Assembly: GCA_951406725.2 (NCBI GenBank)
Contig: OX597819.1
Location: forward strand, 7,564,001-7,628,000
Source: Octopus vulgaris
Lineage: Eukaryota
DNA length: 64,000 nucleotides
Direction of reading: 5' to 3'
Below, one piece after another: positions 26,512 to 37,922 of the stretch. Position 1 is the stretch's first letter, and every line of letters starts with the position of its first letter. Under the pieces are notes generated by a model that was not told the origin of the DNA, did not search any database, and was given only the letters and a program-made list of their open reading frames with translations. The position numbers were made by a program, and so were the translations under genes.

Positions 26512-27420
26512 GTAGGTCAACTTAAAGTTCTGAGTTGAAATGGAAATTTTAAAATTAAACATTTATATATATTTTTTTTTTTTTTACTTTCCAATCAAAT
26601 TGGAAACAGTAGAAAGAGCTGATGGGATTTTTGTTTCAATTTTGGTTGGTTAGGAGTTCATACCTAATACAGGTATTCTTTTGTATTGTTCTTCAGCTTC
26701 ACATCAACTTTGATCAAGTATTCTTAATGATGAAGGCTAGTTCAGTTTGTCTTTTTCCTAGGCATAGTAAACCTTGGATAACGTTGACCCATTGGGCTTT
26801 TTCCAAGATTGTTGTGTGATTTAAAGTAGATTCCACTGCTATTTCCAGCAGAATGACTGACTACATCAAGGCTCTCTTATTGACATTTTCTAGTTTCTTG
26901 GCATGGCATTGCATTTTACACTTTCTCAGTTCCTCTTGTTGTCAAAATAGCTTTCAGATCACCTGAGAGTTACCTACAGCAGACTGACATCTTATCTTGA
27001 GGTACATCTATTATCCACTTCCTGTCAAGAATCAAAGCTAATGGGCAATTAAGAAGAGAAATATAAGGGATGGGGGCAGTTCTACCTTCATAAATCTGGT
27101 TATTTGCATCATATTGTTTTGATAGTTGGATATTAAAAAAAAAAAAAAGTCAATTTTCTGTCGAGACTAATGCAATGAATAGAGCTTAGATGTACAGGTT
27201 TTGATATTTACATATATTCTTGGAGAAGGCAATTTCACTGTTGAAAACTCTTTTAAGCATCAATATTTATTTGTATAATGACACTAGTATCTAATCAACT
27301 TTTCTACTTTGATGTGGGGCTCAGCCAGTAATGTAAAATATCTAATCTGAAATTAATAGCCACTCCATCCCCCCACCAAGTAATGAGATGTAGTATGGAT
27401 TCAAACTAATTATTAATACT

Positions 27421-27806
27421 GGATGGAAGCACTCCGTCGGTTACGACGACGAGGGTTCCGGTTGATCCGATCAACGGAACAGCCTGCTCGTGAAATTAAC
27501 GTGTAAGTGGCTGAGCACTCCACAGACACGTGTACCCTTGACGTAGTTCTCGGGGATATTCAGCGTGACACAGAGAGTGACAAGGCCAGCCCTTTGAAAT
27601 ACAGGTACAACAGAAACAGGAAGTAAGAGTGAGAGAAAGTTGTGGTGAAAGAGTACAGCAGAGATCACCACCATCCCCTGCCGGAGCCTCGTGGAGCTTT
27701 TAGGTGTTTTCGCTCAGTAAACACTCACAACGCCCAGTCTGGGAATCGAAACCGCGATCCTATGACCGTGAGTCCGCTGCCCTAACCATTCGGCCATTGT
27801 GCCTCC
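27421..27806 (-). mobile_element. tRNA-derived SINE family B2
   Basis: B-type head, different tail; 10-bp TSD tattaatact at 27411-27420 and 27807-27816. Confidence 0.88.
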
Positions 27807-28240
27807 TATTAATACTAACCACTCTTGCATAACAAATAGTTATGGAATGTATTTGTTAGTATGGCAAACCGTTGTGAGTAGAATGTTCTCCTTGTAACAG
27901 TGTTAAGATTTGTACTTAAATCATTTTGTACAAGATCAATATGTTCCCATTTATTGATCCTCATTAGCCGATCAGCAAATGCCTGTCACAGTCACATTAC
28001 TACATCCTCACTGATTACCTGAAAATTATTTTAGTTATTTTCAATTTCAATTATTTTTTTGACTGTAATGTATATACCACAATCTACTACATGTGTACAC
28101 ATACATGGCATTTTGGTTGACGTTTAAGGTTAAAACTCATGAAGTTTGCTGAACAGGTGCAGCAACCTTCATTTGTCTTAACCTGTTTTAGGCTCCCTGT
28201 TTTGTTTGAATCAGTTCACACCTATCCTACAATGTTTCAA

Positions 28241-28650
28241 GAGTGGCTGTGTGGTAAGTAGCTTGCTAACCAACCACATGGTTCCGGGTTCAGTCCCACT
28301 GCGTGGCATCTTGGGCAAGTGTCTTCTACTATAGCCTCGGGCCGACCAAAGCCTTGTGAGTGGATTTGGTATGCGGAAACTGAAAGAAGCCTGTCGTATA
28401 TATGTATATATATATATATGTATATGTGTGTTTGTGTGTCTGTGTTTGTCCCCCTAGCATTGCTTGACAACCGATGCTGGTGTGTTTACGTCCCCGTCAC
28501 TTAGCAGTTCGGCAAAAGAGACTGATAATATAAGTACTGGGCTTACAAAGAATAAGTCCCGGGGTAGATTTTACTCGATTAAAGGCGGTGCTCCAGCATG
28601 GCCGCAGTCAAATGACTGAAACAAGTAAAAGAGTATAAGAGAGTAAAGAG
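28241..28650 (+). mobile_element. SINE family A
   Basis: Match, slightly 5'-truncated. Confidence 0.9.
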
Positions 28651-29045
28651 CATATGACTTTATTGGAAGGTTAGCTGGACGAGCTTGTACACTCCTTCAC
28701 CTTGAATTCCATATGTGGTACCTACCTTATGCTGTGGAATAATTCCTACATGAACTCTTTAAGCAGAAGACCACACAAACTAAATAAAAAGAAAATTCTT
28801 TCGTCTTTTACTTGGTTCAGTCATTAGACTGCAGTGGTGCTGCTAGTGCACCACTTTGAAGAATTTTTATTTGAATGAGTCAACCCCAGTACTTATTTCA
28901 TTCTTTATAAACCTGGTACTTATTTTATTAGACACTTTTGCCAAACTGCTAAGCTGTAGGATGTAAACACACCAACACTGGTTGTCAAGTGGTGGTGGGT
29001 GAGAAACACAAAGGCAAACACACATAGATATGTATACCTATATGA

Positions 29046-29273
29046 AAAAGGCGGCGAGCTGGCAGAATCGTTAGCACGTCGGGCAAAATGCGTAGTCGTA
29101 TTTCGTCTGCTGTCACGTGTTCTGGGTTCAAATTCCGCCGAGGTCGACTTTGCCTTTCATCCTTTCGGGGTCGATAAATTAAGTACCAGTTGGGTCGATG
29201 TAATCGACTTAATCCCTTTGACTGTCCTTGTTTGTCCCCTCTATGTTTAGCCCCTTGTGGGTAGTAAAGAAAT
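29046..29273 (+). mobile_element. SINE family C nested in an old antisense SINE-A (~28800-29440)
   Basis: 18-bp TSD atatgtatacctatatga at 29028-29045 and 29274-29291. Confidence 0.87.
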
Positions 29274-29607
29274 ATATGTATACCTATATGACAGGTTTCT
29301 TTCAGTTTCTGTCTACCAAATCCACTCACAAAGCTTTGGTCAGCCTAAGGCTATAACAGAAGACACTTGCCCAAGGTGCCACACAGTAGGGCTGAACCCA
29401 GAACCATATGGTTGGGAAGTAAGGTTCTTAGCAAACAGCCCTTCTTGCAACTATTGTCTGTCATTTTCATGTGTGTGATGATTTAAATATTTTGACTGTT
29501 CATAGAGATATTACAAATAATAATAATAAAAAAGAGCACTTCTGAAGTTGTTCAAGTATTTTTGTTGTTGTTTATGGTAATATTTCACTTTGATATTCTG
29601 TCTCCAG

Positions 29608-29771
29608 ATGTCGCGATGGCTACTATCAAGATCCTCGTGTAACCGGCCGTATTGCTTGCCAACCATGTTATTGTCCAAATGGTCCTCAAGACAGCAACCA
29701 GCGTGCTGATAGTTGCTCTTTTGATCTTCAGAAACAATCTGTGGTCTGTTATTGTCACAAAGGATATGCAG
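29608..29771 (+). CDS. LAMB1: Laminin beta exon 11, LE repeats (CRDGYYQDP...CQPCYCPNGP...CHKGYA)
   Basis: ctccag/gtaatg, phase 2-1. Confidence 0.95.
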
Positions 29772-30436
29772 GTAATGTATTTGTGAATTATATTTAAAAG
29801 CAAAGAACAATATTATATCTCTAGCTATACTGCTTTGAAATTCATATGTACATGTATGTATATTTTTCTAGATTGCCTTTTATATACACAAAAACTTGAT
29901 ATTTTGAGTAGAAGGAAAGAAAAAAATTAAGTTTAATAAACTATGTGTATTACCTGAACCACCTGTGTGTGAAACTTACTGATTGATGTTAATTCATTAA
30001 AGAATACTAAATTAAGATACTAAATTAAGGATATTAAGAATTATGTAAAGAAAAATATCTGGATTTCGATAGGCCAATAGGTGACTGTGTGTATGTACAA
30101 AAGGACCAAGATATCTGGGGCCATACTGTAGTCAAGGAGACTTGTCTGCCACAACAGAATTGATACCAGTGCTGATGCCACATGAAAACCACTCATACTG
30201 GTGCAACATTAAAAGCACTGGTGCTGGTGCTACATTACAAGCACCCAGTACACTCTGTGGAGTGGTTGGCGTTAGGAAGAGCATCCAACCAAAGAAACCA
30301 TGCCAGAACAAACAATTGGTCTCAGTGCATATTCCTGCTTTACCAGCTCCTGTCAAAGCACCCAATCTATGCCAGCATGGAAAATGGATGTTAAATGATG
30401 ATGTTGGTGATATGTGTGTGTGTGTGTGAGTGTGTG

Positions 30437-30850
30437 ATCATCATCATCATCGTTTAATGTCTGTTCTCCATGCTAGCATGGGTTGGACGGTTCGACCGGG
30501 GATCTGGGAAGCCAGAAGGCTGCACCAGGCTCCAGTCTTATCTGGCAATGTTTCTACAGCTGGATGCCCTTCCTAACGCCAACCACTCCGTGAGTGTAGT
30601 GGGTGATTTTTACGTGCCACCCGCACAGGTGCCAGGCGAGGCTGGCAACGGCCACGGTCGGATTGGTGCAATTTACGTGCCACCGGCACGGAAGCCAGTT
30701 GAGGCGGGGCTGGCATCGGCCACGAGTCGGATAGTGCTTTTTACGTACCATCAGTCCAGGGTTCCTGGCATCTGCCGGGTGCCAGTCATAGGATTGGTTC
30801 AATTTCGATTTCACTTGCCCCAACATGTCTTTGCAAGCAAAGGGGGTTGG
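30437..30850 (-). mobile_element. RTE LINE 3' fragment; older opposite-strand fragment at ~30140-30405
   Basis: Shared 3' UTR and tail. Confidence 0.8.
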
Positions 30851-31145
30851 CATGTGTGTGTGTGTATAAAATCAAAGAACGGAATTTATGGTATTCTCTT
30901 CAAAGACAATACCATAAATGAAAGATATAAATTCAAGTTTTTGATTTAACGTATTCATATTCTGCAACCAATCTATTTGACCTGGATAGTTTTCTTTTTC
31001 AAGATAAACCATTTACAGACATACACTTGATAGCTGGTATTCACAGAAATGCTTGGTGAGGATCAAGCTTGGATTTTAATCCCTTTCATCTGATTTATGT
31101 AGTAGTCTTGAAGAGGACAGCACTGTTTTCTTTCTATATATATGT

Positions 31146-31179
<34 letters not shown>

Positions 31180-31554
31180 CTAAATATACATACACACACA
31201 CGTGCATACATATGCATACGCACATGCATACATATGTATATACACCTCCCTGTTTCTTTTTGTATTCCTTTCTGTGGAAGAGCATAGGCTCGAAACGTCA
31301 AAGACTTTTTCACTTCCCGAGCGTTATACTAATACATGTGTTTGTTGTCTACACCACCTGTCTTTGTCTTTTGTTTTTTTTTTAATTCTCCCTCTAGATA
31401 TGTATATACACACGTGTAGATATGCATTTACATATATCCCTACATATATATGTATGCATATATAGATACACACACACATGCATATACACTTAAGTATGTA
31501 CATATATTTATGTCTGTAGGCGTATATATAATATAAATATTTTTGTTTTACTAG

Positions 31555-31773
31555 GTCTCAATTGTGACACTTGTGCTCCAAATTATTTTGGCTCTGCTGA
31601 TCTTGGAACTTGTAAGTCATGTGATTGCAATGGTAACATTGACCATAGGATCCCTGACAGCTGTGACACACGGACCGGAGAATGTCTTAAGTGTCATTTC
31701 CACACCACTGGTTTCAACTGTGAACACTGCGAAGCAAACTTCTTTGGAGATGCAACTCGACAGGATTGCCAAA
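31555..31773 (+). CDS. LAMB1: Laminin beta exon 12, LE repeats (CDTCAPNYFG...CDCNGNID...FGDATRQDCQ)
   Basis: tactag/gtaagt, phase 1-1. Confidence 0.95.
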
Positions 31774-32176
31774 GTAAGTACTATAGCATCATTTGTTCAT
31801 GCCTTTACACATATACACTTGCGTACATGTATATATATACACACACACATGCATACATATATATACACACACACATATGTATATGAACATACATATGTAT
31901 ACAAACACATGCATACATATGTATATACACAAATGCATACATACATATGTATATGAACATACATATGTATACACATTCCTTAGTGTAGCGGCATGTCCTG
32001 GTACTTATGGCAGGTTATACACTTTCAGAAATCAAAACCTTGTGTTTGAAGTAGAATACACGTAACATATAGGAGGGTGGGGGGTGAAAAGTTCCTGGCT
32101 TCAAGAGTGTTGTGGAAGGCATGGTTGGAGGTCCAACCTTCCGATTTCTTTTACAGGGCTTAGAAAAACTGAATAT

Positions 32177-32339
32177 AGGCGTAGGAGTGGCTGTGTGGTA
32201 AGTAGCTTGTTTACCTACCCCATGGTTCCGGGTTCAGTCCCACTGCGTGGCACCTTGGGCAAGTGTCTCCTGCTATAGCCCCGGGCCGACCAATGCCTTG
32301 TGAGTGGATTTGGTAGACGGAAACTGAAAGAAGCCTGTC

Positions 32340-32395
<56 letters not shown>

Positions 32396-32601
32396 TTGTG
32401 TGTCTGTGTTTGTTCCCCTAGCATTGCTTGACAACCGATGCTGGTGTGTTTATGTCCCCGTCACTTAGCGGTTCGGCAAAAAGAGACTGATAGAACAAGT
32501 ACTGGGCTTACAAAAAGAATAAGTCCGGGGGTCAAGTTGCTCGACTAAAGCCGGTGCTCCAGCATGGCCGCAGTCAAATGACTGAAACAAGTAAAAGAGT
32601 A
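32177..32601 (+). mobile_element. SINE family A
   Basis: Full-length match. Confidence 0.9.
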
Positions 32602-33269
32602 ATATATATATAAAATATATATTGGAGAACTATTATGTTGTTGTCCAACTTGGTCAGTATGGCAGTCAAATCTCTTTCAACAGACATCTTCCCATCTATA
32701 AACTGGTAACTCTAAACAATGAATATATGATAGCTATAGCTAAAATGTTGATTTTAAAATTCCTTTAATATCTGCTTTTGTGATAAGAGATGGACTGGCT
32801 GCAGGAAATCAACATAAACTGTAGCGGCAGTATCAAAATGTTGTAAGGATTGTTTAAAGACTGACCCAACTCTTAATTCTCTTTTTCTATTCCACTGGGG
32901 CTAGTTTAGAGTGGTTTACAGGTACGGACATTTATAGGTGCTGTTGGGGTTTTTTGTTTTTCTTTTTACTTTTTAAGGAATCAAAATACAAAATGTTGAC
33001 AATGCCTTGAAGTTAATTATAATTACAAAGATCTTGTTGTATTGCAGTTTTGCGTTAGGAAAAGACAAAATAAATATTTGCCAAAACAGTATCTTGCTGA
33101 AGAATGAGAAGGTGGATCAGTGAAATAATTCAGTGTCATACTTTTATGCCAGATATCAGGCCCACTATAGAAGAAACAGTTGTTGATGTAACAACATAGA
33201 CCTGAATGTAGTGGAAACCAAAGGACTTTTGCTAACTTCAAAATGCATAAACCTTCCTTCCCCATTTAA

Positions 33270-33680
33270 TATCATCATCATCATCATCATTTAGCGTCCG
33301 CTTTCCATGCTAGCATGGGTTGGACGGTTCAACTGGGGTCTGTGAAGCCAGAAGGCTGCATCAGGCCCAGTCTGATCTGGCAGTGTTTCTACGGCTGGAT
33401 GCCCTTCCTAATGCCAACCACTCCGTGAGTGTAGTGGGTGCTTTTTACGTGCCACCCGCACAGGTGCCAGATGGAGCTGGCAAACGGCCACGGACGGATG
33501 GTGCTTTTTATGAGCCACCAGCATGGGGGCCAGGCGAGGCTGGCAATGGCCATGATCGGATGGTGCATTTTACGTGCCACCGGCACGGGGGCCAGGCGAG
33601 GCTGGCAATGGCCACGAACGAATGGAGCTTTGTACGTGCCACCAGCACGGGGGCCAGGCGAGGCTGGCAACGGCCACATC
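33270..33680 (-). mobile_element. RTE LINE 3' fragment with tandem units
   Basis: Shared 3' UTR and tail. Confidence 0.82.
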
Positions 33681-34407
33681 AAATGAAAAATGTTGAGTTG
33701 GTGAAATACTTCAATTTCTCGGCATGCATATATGAAACCACCTTCTCAGGCCTTATAAATTTAGGCACCCTAGTGGAAGTAGACCCCGGTTGTTCATTCT
33801 GAAAAAGGCAATTGTAAAATCTCTGTAAAATTGCATTTTACCATTTTCAAAGTGGGGAGGGCATTAGTTAATGTAGTCCTAAATGAACCATGCCTGAAAA
33901 GAAAAGAAGAAAATAAAATAGACTGGGGTTTTAATGTCATTTGACTGTAGGTGTTTGCTTGATCAAAGTGCACAGTAATAACACTGCTTTTACTTCCTCT
34001 GGAAAATGGAAATTGAGCAGTGATGTGGTTAATAGCTACCACTTGTATGGCAGAGTTGATTTTAACAAACTCACTCCTCATTACTTTATGAAGCATAAAT
34101 CTATTTACCACTCTAAAACTTCTTTACACTGCAGCCCTAGATAACTTGCCAGATATTTATGTGGTATGTTCTGACATTCCTAGCATACTTTAGTAGACCC
34201 ACTAGCTCTCTCAATGCCTAATTGTTCAATCCCCTCCATTTAGTACTGAAATTTTGGGCCTTCAAAAGGACCAAATGATTAACAATCTGTGTGTTCTCTA
34301 CACTTGACTGAATCCAAAATAGTCAGTCATCCAGAAAGCTGCTTCTATATAATCAACCGACTGTCACATCATGCTTTCTTTTTATGTCATCCAATTCTAT
34401 TAACTGT

Positions 34408-34810
34408 TCTCTTTTACTCTCTTACTTGTTTCAGTCATTTGACTGCGGCCATGCTGGAGCACCGCCTTTAGTCGAGCAAATCGACCCTGGGACTTATTCT
34501 TTGTAAGCCCAGTACTTATTCTATCGGTCTCTTTTGCCAAACCGCTAAGTGACGGGGACGTAAACACACCAGCATCGGTTGTCAAGCAATGCTAGGGGGA
34601 CAAACACACACACACATACACATATATATATATATACATATATACGACAGGCTTCTTTCAGTTTCCGTCTACCAAATCCGCTCACAAGGCATTGGTCGGC
34701 CCGGGGCTATAGCAGAAGACATTTTGCCCAAGATGCCACGCAGTGGGACTGAACCCGGAACCATGTGGTTGGCTAGCAAGCTACTTACCACACAGCCACT
34801 CCTGCGCCTA
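34408..34810 (-). mobile_element. SINE family A, antisense
   Basis: Full-length reverse-complement match. Confidence 0.9.
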
Positions 34811-35493
34811 TTGAATTTTTTTTTCTATATGAGCTCAATCAAACATTTCAGTGAATATCCTCTACTGTTTCATATGATCCTAAACTTTTGAGAAATATTC
34901 AGTTATTTACCTCAAGTCATATTTGGCTTAGTGCAGATAAATTAACAAAGATGGCTCTTGTAATTAACATTTGAATTAATGACTATGATCTTAATAATCC
35001 TGTTATTGTGGTTGTTTACCTTTTGGTCGACCCTTTGTGATCAAAGATGCTCCATAAGAGGACAACATTATTCTGGTGTCTGTTTGAAGTCAGCAGCATG
35101 ACTCAAGAAAGATTTAGTTTCTAATTCAAGCAGGTCAAGCTATTCTTTAGAAGCTCTTGTATTGTACCCATTTCTGTTGCTTCTACTGCTGGTGTTAATC
35201 ATGATCAAGCAATCTACTGATCCAGTACATTCCATATGTGACCACCTTGTCTTCTACTTCATCTAAGGCTATACAATCCTATATATATATTTTTAAATAG
35301 TAGGATGTGATTTGAAGAAAATTTGGCAGCTTTTTCTAGAAGGTGATGAAATCTGCAAAGAGGCTTTCTTGGTTTATTTTGCTGTTTTGGTATTACTATA
35401 TTTTCTATTTCTCCCCAGATAAATATCTGAAAATGACAAGAAGCTATAAATATAATGAAATACTATTTGAAACTTTTCTTTTCTTCCCTTTAG

Positions 35494-35693
35494 ACTGTGT
35501 CTGTAATTATCTTGGCACCAACTCCTCAGGTGGTCTTTGCGACAGAGTTTCTGGCCAGTGCCACTGTCATCCCAATGTTATTGGAAGAGAATGTGATCAA
35601 TGTGCTGATAACCACTGGAACATTGCTAGTGGAGATGGCTGTGAACGTTGTGAATGTGATCCTCTCGGTTCATTTTTCCAGCAATGTAATCAG
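35494..35693 (+). CDS. LAMB1: Laminin beta exon 13, LE repeats (CVCNYLGTN...HWNIASGDGCERCEC...CNQ)
   Basis: ctttag/gtaagt, phase 1-0. Confidence 0.95.
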
Positions 35694-36388
35694 GTAAGTC
35701 ATTACACAGAAATTGCTTTTTTTTAATTCTCTTTCTGTAAAATAATAGCCAAGTTCACCGAGTTAAAACAGACACAACAAGATGAAAATATTTTACTGTT
35801 TGAAGCAGTGGTTCTCAACCAGGGATCATTGAAGATTTTGCAGTTAAAATTCATGTGCAATAAATTGGTCAAACTTCTCCAACACAGAAAATATTAAAAA
35901 AATTTTTTTATACAATTCCTAATAATATTTAGTGATAAAAATATAATGGGACATTTTTAAATGTTGACTGGTTATGAAGGTCCACCTGAGTAAAATAGGA
36001 ATCAAAGGGGTTTCATTGTCTTAAAACGTTGTAAAATGGACAAGTAGGTTTTTAGCTAAGAACTCTGAGTTCATCTTCAGAAATGATCCTGACTAGCAGG
36101 GCTTTCCACTTCTCTTGATAGCATTGTCAAACTCTGGTTTTGGTTATGGCTTACCTGAGTGACTAATAGCCAAAGCTAGAATGTACAACAGCCCATTCCT
36201 ATTTAAACTGACCAGTCAGAAACATCTGATACAGGATGGAGACTTTTTGTGACCAAGAGAGAGTTTTACCATCTCACTTTTGGTAGTTTAACCAAATAAT
36301 CTTGTTACTGAAGCAGTGAATTGGCTGACCAATTAAAACACATAAGTATCAAAATATTTAACAATTTATGGCTAAAAATAACTTGCAG

Positions 36389-36485
36389 ATCGATGGTCAG
36401 TGTCAATGTAAAACTGGTCGAGGTGGACGTACGTGCAGTGACTGTGAAGATTACTACTGGGGAGATCCCGCCGTCCAGTGTTTCC
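36389..36485 (+). CDS. LAMB1: Laminin beta exon 14, LE repeat ([32 protein letters not shown])
   Basis: ttgcag/gtaagt, phase 0-1. Confidence 0.94.
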
Positions 36486-36904
36486 GTAAGTACCTGGTCT
36501 TTCTAATCAATACATAATTGCATGTCATTATATTAAAATCATTTTTGGTGTGTACTTTTAAATTTGTTTCACTGGGTTTGCTATATATGTTCACTCATTA
36601 TTTAGACTTCAGTTGAGAAAAGATTAAGAGCTTTGGTGAAAGCAAAGGATGGCCATTTTGAATTGTAAATACGTAAAACATTGTCAGTAACAATCAACCT
36701 GTAAACTTTTATTAACCAAAAATCTAAAACTTTTTATTTTATGACAATGGATAAATATATATGTCACACCCAGTACATTCTTACCTGTATATATCTTCTG
36801 AATTGCTTCAGAGGCAGATGAAGTCGGCAAAAGTAATGAAGCACTGTAGTAATATTGTGTATCGAAGAATAATGTATGTATGTATATGTGTCTGTGTGTG
36901 TGTG

Positions 36905-37230
36905 TAGCGAAGGTATGTGGTTTAGCGGTTAGAGTACTTGGTTCATGATTGTGAGGTCATGAGTTCAAATCCTGGTGGTGTGTTGTGTCCTTGAGCAAAA
37001 CACTTTATTTCACATTGCTTCAGTTCATTCAGCTGGCAAAAAAGAGTAGTACCTGTATTTGAAAGGGGCCAGTCTTGCTACATTCTATGTCATGCTGAAT
37101 CTCACTGAGAACTACGTTAAAGGTACATGTGTCTGTGGAGTGTTCAGCCAATTGCACATTAATTTCATGAGCAGGCTGTTCCAATGATTAGATCAATTGG
37201 AACCCTTATCATTGTAACTGATTGAGTACC
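36905..37230 (+). mobile_element. Old diverged tRNA-SINE with B2-like tail
   Basis: A/B boxes, degenerate B2 body. Confidence 0.65.
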
Positions 37231-37382
37231 CATATAGGTATTTAAAGACCCTTTGTTGGCATGTGTCACTTCTTCACTTCTATTATGCCCCCTTTAATCA
37301 CCGTCTCTTCGTCTCTCACTCCCTTATACTTTATCACCCTACTTGTGCCGTTTTTCTGTTATATCTACTTATCAACAACAGT

Positions 37383-37547
37383 ATACCTATTTCTTTATTA
37401 CCCACAAGGGGCTGAACGCAGAGGGGACAAACAAGGACAGACATAGGTATTAAGTCGATTACATCGACCCCAGTGCGTAACTGGTACTTAATTTATCGAC
37501 CCCGAAAGGATGAAAGGCAAAGTCGACCTCGGCGGAATTTGAACTCT
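37383..37547 (-). mobile_element. SINE family C, 5'-truncated
   Basis: Core match. Confidence 0.83.
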
Positions 37548-37922
37548 GCTTATGATTGTCTCTTTGCCATCATTTCCTCCCTTACCATCTTCCTACTCCT
37601 ATCACTCTGCTATTCCCATCACTTTCTTTCTTCTTTCAACCTCATGTTCTGGTGCTCTCTTGTCCATCACCTCTCTCTTCTGTTTGTTCACTCTATTAGG
37701 TCACATTATGAACAGATGCAATGTTAAATAGAGCACCCTTTAGTCTTGCTGAGGACATTAAACTTCTCAGGTGCTAGTGCCATTGATGGGGTGTATTCAG
37801 TACACCCTGTAAAATAGTTAGCATTAGGAAATGTATCCATCCATAGAAACTTTGTCAAAGAGGAATGTGTAAGCAAGACATGTTCCTTCATTCAACTCAG
37901 GAGGGCAGTAACTGTGTGTATA

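Noticed and set aside
29750-31566. Position equivalent to vertebrate LAMB1 YIGSR
   Set aside because: Spliced sequence reads CHKGYAGLNC; the motif is absent, which is unremarkable for an invertebrate chain.
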